Source: Eledone cirrhosa
Lineage: Eukaryota
Direction: 5' to 3'
DNA: 64,000 nt
NCBI GenBank assembly: GCA_964016885.1
Contig: OZ024765.1
Span: 19,902,001-19,966,000 of the forward strand
Of the stretch, positions 11,941-25,000 are shown piece after piece. The number at the start of each line of letters is the position of its first letter. The stretch's first letter is position 1. A model generated the notes under the pieces. The model had not been told where the DNA came from and ran no database searches. It was given only the letters and a program-made list of their open reading frames with translations. Both the position numbers and the translations under genes were made by a program.

Positions 11941-13210
11941 TCATCATCATCATCATCATCATCAGGTTTAGCGTCCGTGTTCCACGCTTGCATGGGTTTG
12001 GACGGGGGTTTTCCCACTTGAGGCAAGAGTGGTTGTCTTGCTCGCATAGGACTGTCTGGCGGGTTTTCTACAGTTGGATGCCCTTCCTAACACCAACCAC
12101 ATTTACAGTGTGGGGCTGGGAGGTTTTTACCGTGTTGCCTACACGGCCACATTACAGCGTGGACTGTCTGGCGGGTTTTCTACAGCTGGATGCCCTTCCT
12201 AACACCAACCACATTTACAGTGTGGGGCTGGGAGGTTTTTACCGTGTTGCCTACACGGCCACATTTACAGCGTGGACTGTGTGTTTTTTGTCGTGACACC
12301 TACACGATCTCATTTGTTTCGGCCTGGATGTTGTGGGACCAACATAACTTTACATTGAAAGGGGCGGTGTGGGTGGGGTGGAGGTGGTGGGACGGGGGTG
12401 TGTTTTGATAGAGGTGCCTACTGACTGTAGTAGGTTTTTACTTTGTATTTAGGTAAGGCGGGTCTTCTCTATTACTGAGTACCGCCAAAGGTCTCGGTCC
12501 AGTGACATTGTCTTGGAGAGGTGTAAGCGTGTGAGGTCGGAATTTATCAGCTCGTCCCATGTTTTTCTGGGTCTGCCTACTCCGTGGCTACCGTCTATCT
12601 TTATTGCCCTGCACTTTGTTATACAGCTGTCGTCTTTCATGCGCATCACGTGACCGTACCAACGTAGCCTTCTCTCGAGTAAACAACATCTGATCCCTCT
12701 TATTTCTAATTTTTTCCTTAGTTCGTTTATGCTTTGCCGTTCACGTATATTACTATTGCACATCCAGCGGAGCATGCAAGCTTCGTTCCTCTCTAGTCTG
12801 CGTATATCCTCTGCACACAATGCCCAGGTCTCACTGCCATGCAGCATTGCTGTTCGTATGCAGGCATCGTATAACCTGCCTTTCATTTTTAGGGAGAACC
12901 CTCTAGCGGCTAATAGTGGTATAAGCTCTCTGAACTTTTTCCATCCAGTTCTGACTCTAGCTACTGTACTTTCAGAGCACCCTCCCCCACTGCTGATTTT
13001 GTCACCCAGATAACGGAAGCTGTCCACTATTTCTATAGAACCCTCTGCGCAGTTGAAGGAGCTAGTATTTTGTGGGCACTTGCTGCTACTTATTGCACCA
13101 GAGCACCGGCCACATGTAAAATCTATGTTCTTAGTTAGCTTACCTGTGATCCCACTACATCTTTTATGCACCCATACTTTGCATTTGGGACATAAAATGG
13201 AGTTTCTACA
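11941..13210 (-). mobile_element. 5'-truncated RTE-clade LINE with duplicated 3' UTR segment and (GAT)n tail
   Basis: Open ORF2 C-terminus 12449-13210; ~120-bp segment duplicated at ~12048-12280; (CAT)n at 11941-11964. Confidence 0.92.
12449..13210 (-). pseudogene. RTE ORF2 C-terminal ~250 aa with PHD-like Cys/His finger
   Basis: CPKCKVWVHKRC...FTCGRC, VDSFRYLG, LRWYGHVMR, GRPRKTW; no stops. Confidence 0.9.
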
Positions 13211-13279
13211 TATATATATATATAACGCCGATGAATTTGTTTTGCGAGGTTTTTGATATGAAATCTTGTGTTGAAACAA

Positions 13280-13832
13280 ATATTGTTATACTTGGGGAGG
13301 GTCATATTGTAATAATATTGCCAGAAATAATAACAGAACACACTCAGTTTGGTTGGTTTTTGCTTCTGTATCTTTTATATCAGTTAATTTAATTTACTCG
13401 GTCCTCAATGTTTACCATTGACTGACCAACGGTCAAAAATACAGATATAATACAGATATAAACACATATATATAGTCTAACAAAGTTCTTTCGTTGCACA
13501 TCTGCAACATCATCAGTGGTGCTATTATGTTACCCCTGTTGTATTGTATGTCTACGCCATCTTCATTTTATCTGATATACAGTACAACAGGAGGAACATA
13601 ATAGTACCACTGATGATGTTGCAGATGTGCAACGAAAGAACTTTGTTAGACTATATATATGTGTTTATATCTGTATTTTTGACCGTTGGTCAGTCAATGG
13701 TAAACATTGAGGACCAAATGAATTAACTGATTTAAAAGATACAGAAGCGAAAACCAACCAAACAGTGAGTGTGTTCTGTTATTAATTCTTGCAATATTAT
13801 TACAATATGACCCTCTCCAAGTATAACAATAT
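13280..13832. repeat. Foldback with ~270-bp arms, each carrying a hammerhead-like motif (Penelope-like remnant)
   Basis: 13280-13550 is the reverse complement of ~13575-13832 with few differences. Confidence 0.85.
13607..13645 (+). ncRNA. Minimal hammerhead-ribozyme-like motif (mirror copy on - strand at 13481-13519)
   Basis: CTGATGA T GTTGCA gatg TGCAAC GAAA gaacttt; stem II is perfect, stems I and III are weak. Confidence 0.55.
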
Positions 13833-13947
13833 ATATATATATATTCAATATTATTAAGGCTAAATAGTGAGTCTTGTTACTCTGGACTTTCGCCTTAATA
13901 TAAAAACTCTACTTTGGTATTGAGTACACTTTTCTCTCAGCCATCAA

Positions 13948-13978
<31 letters not shown>

Positions 13979-14254
13979 GTAATAATAATAAATTTGAAGA
14001 CTAAAATCCAAAGAGGGCTCGATAAGGATAAATACATATCAAATATATAAGAACCGTAGAGCAAATATTAGTTTCAGAAGATCCCGTTAAGGGTGAAAGC
14101 AGCGATTCTTTGCTTAAACTTTAATCTGTTATTTTAATAAATATATATATATATATATATATATGTGTGTAAAAGGTAAACAGAAATAACAACACAATCG
14201 GTACAGTATATGGAAGGAATATATTAGGTTAACGCTTGATATAGCAGGAAGAGG

Positions 14255-14292
14255 GTCTTAACGGTTCGGACGCTAGTCCTTCATCAGAAGAA
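14255..14292 (-). ncRNA. Degenerate minimal hammerhead ribozyme
   Basis: Minus strand TCTT CTGATGA A GGAC tagc GTCC GAAC cgtt AAGA; the GAAA core reads GAAC. Confidence 0.55.
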
Positions 14293-14519
14293 AGAATGAG
14301 AAATAAAATAGATTGAGGGGACGGGCGGGATGGAATTGGAAAAAATGTCTTTAGATAAAAATAACGGGTCCATTCATGTTGACATCTCTTGCATATACAT
14401 ATATAAACATATAGGATATACGTTCCTTCACGCATAAGGCGCCAAGGTACGCACGTATTGTCCAACCAAATGCCAGTGTGGTTCAATGGCAGGTTAATAA
14501 ATTAACGAGCCAGAACAAA

Positions 14520-14878
14520 TATAAACAAGGTTTAGCAAATAATGAAAAAGTTTCAAAATAAATTTTTAAAAATTGACTTTACCTCTATCTTTGCTACGGC
14601 CCTTGATAAACCTGTTTCTTGATAAACCTGTTTCTTCATCCACTCTCATCCCAGGAACAGTTTTCATAGCGCTAGTTTGTGATTTAAATTCAGGAATTTT
14701 ATATTCTTTGAATGAAAAGAACCTTCTGACGAGAATCTTTCTTTGCAACGAAGGCCGTATGGTCTCCGTTTTATTTTTGGGATTCGAAACCGATCGGTAA
14801 AGGTAACTATAGTAGGTAAAGTCAATTTTTTAAAATTTATTTTGAAACTTTTTCATTATTTGCTAAACCTTGTTTATA
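14520..14878. repeat. ~65-bp inverted repeat enclosing a hammerhead ribozyme
   Basis: 14520-14584 is the reverse complement of 14814-14878. Confidence 0.85.
14721..14804 (+). ncRNA. Type I hammerhead ribozyme with complete core
   Basis: ACCTT CTGACGA GAATC...GATTC GAAA CCGATCGG TA^AAGGT; stems I, II and III all pair; GUA cleavage triplet at 14797-14799. Confidence 0.8.
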
Positions 14879-14880
14879 TA

Positions 14881-14919
<39 letters not shown>

Positions 14920-15160
14920 GGAATAATTTGGTAAAGGTATCTAAGGTATAGAGCCCTCGGTCCATGGGATGAGTTTAATATATTATTAAACTCAATATTA
15001 CAAGGAAGACTTAACACGGAGAAATGCAAAGACATTCTTTTCGTTGAGTGAACTTAACTTATTTAACTTGACTGTGTTTCAATCACGGCCATGTTGAGTG
15101 AATTGAGTCACTTAACGAAATTTGTCGTTCATATATATATATACATATATATATATATAA

Positions 15161-15211
<51 letters not shown>

Positions 15212-15252
15212 CATATATATAAATATATATAAATACATATATACATATATAT

Positions 15253-15848
15253 GGTGGCTGCCAACTCGTTTTCGAGTACGGCCACTACTTTATATCCATG
15301 TAGGAGAACCCCTACCAATGGGCTGAATGAGTGACTTTTTAGTCCAGCCAGCGACTTGAAAACTCTGGTACAAACACTACACTTGTGACAATTATTGACA
15401 CAGTGCTGGGCTCATGGTACCATGTGACGACAACTGCAGAGAGATCTCCAGATATAAAGCAATGCCTGTGCCGTGAAGCTTTTATAGTGAGCAAAGGCAC
15501 TGCACAAAGCCAGTCCCACTCTCTTAACCAAGATGACTTGTTCTTCTTTTTGGTAAATATCAACATCATTGGATACCATCAGGGTTGCAGGTGTTATATC
15601 AGAGTTTTCCTTCTAGAATTCTGCCTTGACAGAGGCTAAGGGGTCATCTCTCCCGGTGATTTTGGATGGCCATTGACTCTTAAGAGCTCCTTTGACAGGT
15701 TTTGTTTTTAGTCCTGCAGGATGTCCAATGTCACCCTCCTCACCAAGAAACCTTGGTGGGGTTGCCAGTTTAGTCGCCAACGACCCGACCATGTGACAGG
15801 TTGTACTGGGATACATGTTACCAGTAGCACCAACTGGTGACCTGACAT
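15253..15848 (-). mobile_element. ~600-bp interspersed element (probably non-autonomous, RTE-related); direct copy at 58172-58780
   Basis: Same boundaries in both copies (ggctgccaactcg ... ggtgacctgacata), both set in (TA)n; family assignment is inference. Confidence 0.6.
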
Positions 15849-15908
15849 ATATATATATATATACATACATACATATACATATATATATGTATGTGTGTGT
15901 GTGTGTGT

Positions 15909-16434
15909 GAAGAGGCTGACCAGGATACTCATGGAATGACCAAATGAGGTTAATTTTTCAACATGCAAGATTTCACAGCCCTAGCATCACTCCTTCATAG
16001 GGTGACCAAGATACTCTCATGGAATGACCAAATGAGGTTTATTTTTCAACATGCAAGATTGCACAGCCCTAGGTCAGCCTATGAAGGAGTGACGCTAGGG
16101 CTGTGAAATCTTGCATGTTGAAAAATAAACCTCATTTGGTCATTCCATGAGAGTATCTTGGTCAGCCTATGAAGGAGTGATGGTAGAGCTGTGAAATCTT
16201 GCATGTTGAAAAATAAACCTCATTTGGTCATTCCATGAGAGTATCTTGGTCAGCCTATGAAGGAGTGATGGTAGAGCTGTGAAATCTTGCATGTTGAAAA
16301 ATAAACCTCATTTGGTCATTCCATGAGAGTATCTTGGTCAACCTATGAAGGAGTGATGCTAGGGCTGTGAAATCTTGCATGTTGAAAAATAAACCTCATT
16401 TGGTCATTCCATGAGAGTATCTTGGTCAGCCTAT
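15909..16434. repeat. Small head-to-head block of the 88-bp satellite (inversion point ~16072) flanked by (TG)n/(CA)n
   Basis: ~2 monomers in one orientation then ~4 in the other; gtgtgaa(g/t)aggctgacc junction on both sides. Confidence 0.9.
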
Positions 16435-16509
16435 TCACACACACACACACATGTATGTATGTATGTATGTATATATGTATGTATGTATATATGTATGTAT
16501 GTATATATG

Positions 16510-16568
<59 letters not shown>

Positions 16569-16930
16569 GTATATATAATATATGTATATATAATGTATGT
16601 ATATATAATGTATGTATATATAATGTATGTATATATAATGTATGTATATATAATGTATGTATATATAATGTATGTATATATAATGTATGTATATATAATG
16701 TATGTATATATAATGTATGTGTATATAATGTATGTATATATAATATATGTATATATAATGTATGTATATATAATGTATGTATATATAATGTATGTATATA
16801 TAATGTATGTATATATAATATATGTATATATAATGTATGTATATATAATATATGTATATATAATATATGTATATATAATATATGTATATATAATATATGT
16901 ATATATAATATATAATATATGTATATATAA
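16435..16930. repeat. Microsatellite and 15-bp minisatellite (atatataatgtatgt)n
   Basis: Direct reading. Confidence 0.9.
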
Positions 16931-17264
16931 TATATAGTAAGAAACACAGTAAACCGTGTGTCTAAAATTACAACGGTTGAAAAACCACATTTGTTTGAAA
17001 TATTTAACCAAGAAGCAGACAGAATGATAAAATAAAAATATATTATTATACAAACCGCCACAATAACCATTGGACAGATTATCCCTAATCTGTTTCGCCC
17101 TGGGATAATCTGTCCGAGAGATATAATGGTTATTGAGGCGGTTTGTATAATAATATATTTTTATTTTATCATTCTGTCTGCTTCTTGGTTAAATATTTCA
17201 AACAAATGTGGTTTTTCAACCGTTGTAATTTTAGACACACGGTTTACTGTGTTTCTTACTATAT
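16931..17264. repeat. Foldback with ~140-bp near-perfect arms and an inner 14-bp hairpin
   Basis: 16931-17070 vs 17125-17264; inner ggacagattatccc / gggataatctgtcc. Confidence 0.9.
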
Positions 17265-17341
17265 ATTATTAATCGGCTCAGTATTTTTATACTTGGAGCT
17301 TAATAGTTACAGGGTTCCAATTGAGTTTTAACTCTAATTTT

Positions 17342-17471
17342 CATATATATGTATATATATATATATGTATATGTATATATGTGTGTATATATGTATGTAT
17401 GTATGTGTATATGTATGTGTATATATTTATGTATGTGTATATATATATGTATGTATATATATATGTATGTG

Positions 17472-17505
<34 letters not shown>

Positions 17506-17820
17506 TGTATATATGTATGTATATATGTATGTATATATGTATATATGTATGTATATATGTATGTATGTATATATGTATGTATGTATATATGTATGTATAT
17601 ATGTATGTATGTATATATATATGTATGTATGTATATATATATGTATGTATGTATATATGTATGTATGTATGTATATATATATGTATGTATGTATATATAT
17701 ATGTATGTATGTATATATATGTATGTGTATATATTTATATGTATGTGTATATATATATATATATATATATGTATTTATACGTATATATATACGTACTTAT
17801 ATGTGTGAGTGTGTGTGTGT
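17342..17820. repeat. (TATG/TA)n microsatellite
   Basis: Direct reading. Confidence 0.9.
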
Positions 17821-18300
17821 ATTATGTGGGTCTCAATATGTAAACTAAACGACTAACACCGATTTCAGAAAATTCAGTGTTACTCGATTAGAAAAATCAA
17901 CTTCTGCGACCCTTTCTACGTGGGACCTACAAAATCTCAATTAATAATCTGTATAATTGTGAGTTATTAAGAGAGCAACTTAGTAAAGTGAAAGGTAAGA
18001 TTTTGCAAAATAGTAAGTTGAGTGAGTTGTTTCCCTTAGATGAAAGACAACAAAACGAAGAGTCTATTGAATGCTAGAGATGGCAGCCACTGAAATATTA
18101 TAAATAATGATAGTTGTAGTGGTTAAACAAGCCTCAGATATATGCCATATTCAACAGTTACCTCTACAATACCTTACAAAACTGATGAAAACCGTCTTCA
18201 GCGGTTAAAAAATCATAGAAATGGCAACTAAATATCCCTCAAATCACAGAGTAGTGACACTAGAAGTATTTAGAAGAAATTCAATGATATATATAGTATA
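17821..18300. repeat. Left outer arm A of the 40-kb structure
   Basis: Diverged reverse complement of 57601-58082; the inner ~250 bp also recurs inverted at 25443, 30853, 35715, 40494, 45054, 50490, 55526. Confidence 0.9.
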
Positions 18301-18515
18301 TGAGGTTAGGCTGACCAATGTACTCTCATGGAATGACCAAATGAGGTTTATTTTTCAACATGCAAGATTTCACAGTTCTAGCATCACTCCTTCATAGGCT
18401 GACCAAGATACTCTCAAGGAATGACCAAATGAGGTTTATTTTTCAACATGCAAGATTGCACAGCTCTAGCATCACTCCTTCATAGTGAGCCTATGAACTT
18501 TTAAGCCTTCCTTCG

Positions 18516-19030
18516 TATATGTAAACAATTTAATATACAAATAATTATTAAGAAATTCGAAATAATTTTTGCGATTAAGTAAAGACGGAGTTATCGTTCT
18601 TGAGATTTCGGCTCGGAGAAATTTGAGGAACTGATGTCGCTAAATGGCCAAATCATTTACCTGCCCCGTTGCACCATGGGAGGGTAATGGCTGCCTTTTA
18701 TTTTTTTTAAAACACGGCAGACTTTTTAATATCTTTCTCGCCAAAATGTTTTTATTATTTACTTATATGAAACAAGGAACAAGATGCTGCTAAAGAAACT
18801 AAAGAAGGTGCCATCGTTTAAAAAATAAAAGGCAGCCATTACCCTCCCATGGTGCAACGGGGCAGGTAAATGATTTGGCCATTTAGCGACATCAGTTCCT
18901 CAAATTTCTCCGAGCCGAAATCTCAAGAACGATAACTCCGTCTTTACTTAATCGCAAAAATGGGTGCAAAAATTATTTCGAATTTCTTAGTAATTATTTG
19001 TATATTAAATAAATACGTTGTTTACATATA
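18516..19030. repeat. B palindrome copy 1 (~200-215-bp arms, ~105-bp spacer)
   Basis: Arms are reverse complements. Further copies at 26336-26863, 31756-32291, 36606-37133, 41405-41932, 45973-46500, 51391-51926, 56427-56942 have the spacer in the opposite orientation. Confidence 0.95.
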
Positions 19031-22000
19031 CGAAGGTAGGCTTAAAAGTTCATAGGCTCACTATGAAGGAGTGATGCTAGGGCTGTGCAATCATGCATGT
19101 TGAAAAATAGACCTCATTTGGTCATTCCATGAGAGAATCTTGGTCAGCCTATGAAGGAGTGATGCTAGAGCTGTGAAATCTTGCATGTTGAAAAATAGAC
19201 CTCATTTGGTCATTCCATGAGAGTATCTTGGTCAGCCTATGAAGGAGTGATGCTAGAGCTGTGAAATGTTGAAAAATAAACCTCATTTGGTCATTCCATG
19301 AGAGTATCTTGGTCAGCCTATGAAGGAGTGATGCTAGATCTGTGAAATCTTGCATTTTAAAAAATAAACCTCATTTGGTCATTACATGAGAGTATCTTGG
19401 TCAGCCTATGAAGGAGTGATGCTAGAGCTGTGAAATCTTGCATGTTGAAAAATAAACCTCATTTGGTCATTCCATGAGAGTATCTTGGTCAGCCTATGAA
19501 GGAGTGATGCTAGAGCTGTGAAATCTTGCATGTTGAAAAATAAACCTCATTTGGTCATTCCATGAGAGTATCTTGGTCAACCTATGAAGGAGTGATGCCA
19601 GAGCTGTGAAATCTTGCATGTTCCATGAGAGTATCTTGGTAAGCCTAGGAAGGAGTGATGCTAGAGCTGTGAAATCTTGCATGTTGAAAAATAAACCTCA
19701 TTTGGTCATTCCATGAGAGTATCTTGGTCAACCTATGAAGGAGTGATGCTAGCGCTGTGAAATCTTGCATGTTCCATGAGAGTATCTTGGTCAGCCTATG
19801 AAGGAGTGATGCTAGAGCTATGAAATCTTGCATGTTGTAAAATAAACCTCATTTGGTCATTCCATGAGCGTATCTTGGTCAGCCTATGAAGGAGTGATGC
19901 TAGAGCTGTGAAATCTTGCATGTTGTAAAATAAACCTCATTTGGTCATTCCATGAGAGTATCTTGGTCAACCTATGAAGGAGTGATGCTAGTGCTGTGAA
20001 ATCTTGCATGTTCCATGAGAGTATCTTGGTCAGCCTATGAAGGAGTGATGCTCGAGCTGTGAAATCTTGCATGTTGAAAAGTAAACCCCATTTGGTCATT
20101 CCATGAGAGTATCTTGGTCAGCCTATGAAGGAGTGATGCTAGAGCTGTGAAATCTTGCATGTTGAAAAATAAACCTCATTTGGTCATTCCATGAGAGTAT
20201 CTTGGTCAGCCTATGAAGGAGTGATGCTAGAGCTGTGAAATCTTGCATGTTGAAAAATAAACCTCATTTGGTCATTCCATGAGAGTATCTTGGTCAACCT
20301 ATGAAGGAGTGATGCCAGAGCTGTGAAATCTTGCATGTTCCATGAGAGTATCTTGGTAAGCCTAGGAAGGAGTGATGCTAGAGCTGTGAAATCTTGCATG
20401 TTGAAAAATAAACCTCATTTGGTCCTTCCATGAGAGTATCTTGGTCAGCCTATGAAGGAGTGATGCTAGTGCTGTGAAATCTTGCATGTTGAAAAATAAA
20501 CCTCATTTGGTCATTCCATGAGAGTATCTTGGGCAACCTATGAAGGAGTGATGCTAGAGCTGTGAAATTTTGCATGTTCCATGAGAGTATCTTGGTCAGC
20601 ATAGGAAGTAGTGATGCTAGAGCTGTGAAATCTTGCATGTTGAAAAATAAACCTCATTTGGTCATTCCATGAGAGTATCTTGGTAAGCCTAGGAAGTAGT
20701 GATGCTAGAGCTGTGAAATCTTGCATGTTGAAAAATAAACCTCATTTGGTCATTCCATGAGAGTATCTTGGTCAGCCTATGAAGGAGTGATGCTAGAGCT
20801 GTGAAATCTTGCATGTTGAAAAATAAACCTCATTTGGTCATTCCATGAGATTATCTTGGTCAGTTTATGAAAGAAGTGATGCTAGAGCTGTGAAATCTTG
20901 CATGGTGAAAAATAAACCTCATTTGGTCATTCCATGATAGTATCTTGGTCAGCCTATGAAGGAGTGATGCTAGAGCTGTGAAATCTTGCATGTTGAAAAA
21001 TAAACCTCATTTGGTCATTCCATGAGAGTATCTTGGTCAACCTATGAAGGACTGATGCCAGAGCTGTGAAATCTTGCATGTTCCATGAGAGTATCTTGGT
21101 AAGCCTAGGAAGGAGTGATGCTAGAGCTGTGAAATCTTGCATTTTGAAAAATAAACCTCATTTGGTCATTCCATGAGAGTATCTTGGTCAGCCTATGAAG
21201 GAGTGATGCTAGAGCTATGAAATCTTGCATGTTGAAAAATAAACCTCATTTGGTCATTCCATGAGAGTATCTTGGTCAACCTATGAAGGAGTGATGCTAG
21301 AGCTGTGAAATCTTGCATGTTCCATGAGAGTATCTTGGTCAGCCTAGGAAGTAGTGATGCTAGAGCTGTGAAATCTTGCATGTTGAAAAATAAACGTCAT
21401 TTGGTCATTCCATGAGAGTATCTTGGTAAGCCTAGGAAGGAGTGATGCTAGAGCTGTGAAATCTTGCATGTTGAAAAATTTACCTCATTTGGTCATTCCA
21501 TGAGAGTATCTTGGTCAAAGTATGAAGGAGTGATGCTAGCGCTGTGAAATCTTGCATGTTCCATGGGAGTATCTTGGTCAGCCTATGAAGGAGTGATGCT
21601 AGTGCTATGAAATCTTGCATGTTGTAAAATAAACCTCATTTGGTCATTCCATGAGAGTATCTTGGTCAACCTATGAAGGAGTGATGCATAGAGCTGTGAA
21701 ATCTTGCATTTTCCATGAGAGTATCTTGGTCAGCCTAGGAAGGAGTGATGCTAGGGCTGTGAAATCTTGCATGTTGAAAAATAAACCTCATTTGGTCATT
21801 CCATGAGAGTATCTTGGTCAGCCTATGAAGGAGTGATGCTAGAGCTGTGAAATCTTGCATGTTGAAAAATAAACCTCATTTGGTCATTCCATGAGAGTAT
21901 CTTGGTCAGCCTATGAAGGAGTGATGCTAGAGCTGTGAAATCTTGCATGTTGAAAAATAAACCTCATTTGGTCATTCCATGAGAGTATCTTGGTCAACCT

Positions 22001-25000
22001 ATGAAGGAGTGATGCCAGAGCTGTGAAATCTTGCATGTTCCATGAGAGTATCTTGGTAAGCCTAGGAAGGAGTGATGCTAGAGCTGTGAAATCTTGCATG
22101 TTGAAAAATAAACCTCATTTGGTCATTCCATGAGAGTATCTTGGTCAGCCTATGAAGGAGTGATGCTAGTGCTGTGAAATCTTGCATGTTGAAAAATAAA
22201 CCTCATTTGGTCATTCCATGAGAGTATCTTGGGCAACCTATGAAGGAGTGATGCTAGAGCTGTGAAATTTTGCATGTTCCATGAGAGTATCTTGGTCAGC
22301 CTAGGAAGTAGTGATGCTAGAGCTGTGAAATCTTGCATGTTGAAAAATAAACCTCATTTGGTCATTCCATGAGAGTATCTTGGTAAGCCTAGGAAGGAGT
22401 GATGCTAGAGCTGTGAAATCTTGCATGTTGAAAAATAAACCTCATTTGGTCATTCCATGAGAGTATCTTGGTCAGCCTATGAAGGAGTGATGCTAGAGCT
22501 GTGAAATCTTACATGTTGTAAAATAAACCTCATTTGGTCATTCCATGAGAGTATCTTGGTCAACCTATGAAGGAGTGATGCTAGTGCTGTGAAATCTTGC
22601 ATGTTCCATGAGAGTATCTTGGTCAGCCTATGAAGGAGTGATGCTCGAGCTGTGAAATCTTGCATTTTGAAAAGTAAACCCCATTTGGTCATTCCATGAG
22701 AGTATCTTGGTCAGCCTATGAAGGAGTGATGCTAGAGCTGTGAAATCTTGCATGTTGAAAAATAAACCTCATTTGGTCATTCCATGAGAGTATCTTGGTC
22801 AGCCTATGAAGGAGTGATGCTAGTGCTGTGAAATCTTGCATGTTGAAAAATAAACCTCATTTGGTCATTCCATGAGAGTATCTTGGGCAACCTATGAAGG
22901 AGTGATGCTAGAGCTGTGAAATTTTGCATGTTCCATGAGAGTATCTTGGTCAGCCTAGGAAGTAGTGATGCTAGAGCTGTGAAATCTTGCATGTTGAAAA
23001 ATAAACCTCATTTGGTCATTCCATGAGAGTATCTTGGTAAGCCTAGGAAGGAGTGATGCTAGAGCTGTGAAATCTTGCATGTTGAAAAATAAACCTCATT
23101 TGGTCATTCCATGAGAGTATCTTGGTCAGCCTATGAAGGAGTGATGCTAGAGCTGTGAAATCTTGCATGTTGAAAAATAAACCTCATTTGGTCATTCCAT
23201 GAGATTATCTTGGTCAGTTTATGAAAGGAGTGATGCTAGAGCTGTGAAATCTTGCATGGTGAAAAATAAACCTCATTTGGTCATTCCATGATAGTATCTT
23301 GGTCAGCCTATGAAGGAGTGATGCTAGAGCTGTGAAATCTTGCATGTTGAAAAATAAACCTCATTTGGTCATTCCATGAGAGTATCTTGGTCAACCTATG
23401 AAGGAGTGATGCCAGAGCTGTGAAATCTTGCATGTTCCATGAGAGTATCTTGGTAAGCCTAGGAAGGAGTGATGCTAGAGCTGTGAAATCTTGCATTTTG
23501 AAAAATAAACCTCATTTGGTCATTCCATGAGAGTATCTTGGTCAGCCTATGAAGGAATGATGCTAGAGCTATGAAATCTTGCATGTTGAAAAATAAACCT
23601 CATTTGGTCATTCCATGAGAGTATCTTGGTCAACCTATGAAGGAGTGATGCTAGAGCTGTGAAATCTTGCATGTTCCATGAGAGTATCTTGGTCAGCCTA
23701 TGAAGGAGTGATGCTAGAGCTGTGAAATCTTGCATGTTGAAAAATAAACCTTCTTTGGTCATTCCATGAGAGTATCTTGGTCAACCTATCAAGGAGTGAT
23801 GCTGGTGCTGTGAAATTTTGCATGTTCCATGAGAGTATCTTGGTCAGCCTAGGAAGTAGTGATGCTAGAGCTGTGAAATCTTGCATGTTGAAAAATAAAC
23901 CTCATTTGGTCATTCCATGAGAGTATCTTGGTAAGCCTATGAAGGAGTGACGCTAGAGCTGTGAAATCTTGCATGTTCCATGAGAGTATCTTGGTCAGCC
24001 TATGAAGGAGTGATGCTAGAGCTATGAAATCTTGCATGTTGTAAAATAAACCTCATTTGGTCATTCCATGAGAGTATCTTGGTCAGCCTATGAAGGAGTG
24101 ATGCTAGAGCTGTGAAATCTTGCATGTTGAAAAATAAACCTCATTTGGTCATTCCATGAGAGTATCTTGGTCAACCTATGAAGGAGTGATGCTAGAGCTG
24201 TGAAATCTTGCATGTTCCATGAGAGTATCTTGGTCAGCCTATGAAGGAGTGATGCTAGAGCTATGAAATCTTGCATGTTGTAAAATAAACCTCATTTGGT
24301 CATTCCATGAGAGTATCTTGGTCAGCCTATGAAGGAGTGATGCTAGAGCTGTGAAATCTTGCATGTTGAAAAATAAACCTCATTTGGTCATTCCATGAGA
24401 GTATCTTGGTCAACCTATGAAGGAGTGATGCTAGAGCTGTGAAATCTTGCATGTTGAAAAATAAACCTCATTTGGTCATTCCATGAGAGTATCTTTGTCA
24501 AAGTATGAAGGAGTGATGCTAGAGCTGTGAAATCTTGCATGTTCCATGGGAGTATCTTGGTCAGCCTATGAAGGAGTGATGCTAGAGCTATGAAATCTTT
24601 CATGTTGTAAAATAAACCTCATTTGGTCATTCCATGAGAGTATCTTGGTCAACCTATGAAGGAGTGATGCTAGTGCTGTGAAATCTTGCATGTTCCATGA
24701 GAGTATCTTGGTCAGCCTAGGAAGGAGTGATGCTAGGGCTGTGAAATCTTGCATGTTGTAAAATAAACCTCATTTGGTCATTCCATGAGAGTATCTTGGT
24801 CAACCTATGAAGGAGTGATGCTAGTGCTGTGAAATCTTGCATGTTCCATGAGAGTATCTTGGTCAGCCTAGGAAGGAGTGATGCTAGGGCTGTGAAATCT
24901 TGCATGTTGAAAAATAAACCTCATTTGGTCATTCCATGAGAGTATCTTGGTCAGCCTATGAAGGAGTGATGCTAGAGCTGTGAAATCTTGCATGTTGAAA

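Noticed and set aside
14229-14486. Penelope GIY-YIG coding remnant next to the hammerhead
   Set aside because: No recognisable motif in the translations, so the Penelope assignment rests only on ribozyme and foldback features.
18181-18212. ctgatgaaaaccg...cggttaaaa as a hammerhead in arm A
   Set aside because: No GAAA core or stem I/III, and the stem is not preserved in the inverted copies.
18516-19030. B palindrome as an independent MITE with its own TIRs
   Set aside because: Symmetry continues beyond B into the flanking MITE blocks and arm A, so it is better explained as the centre of a larger inverted duplication; no family was recognised.
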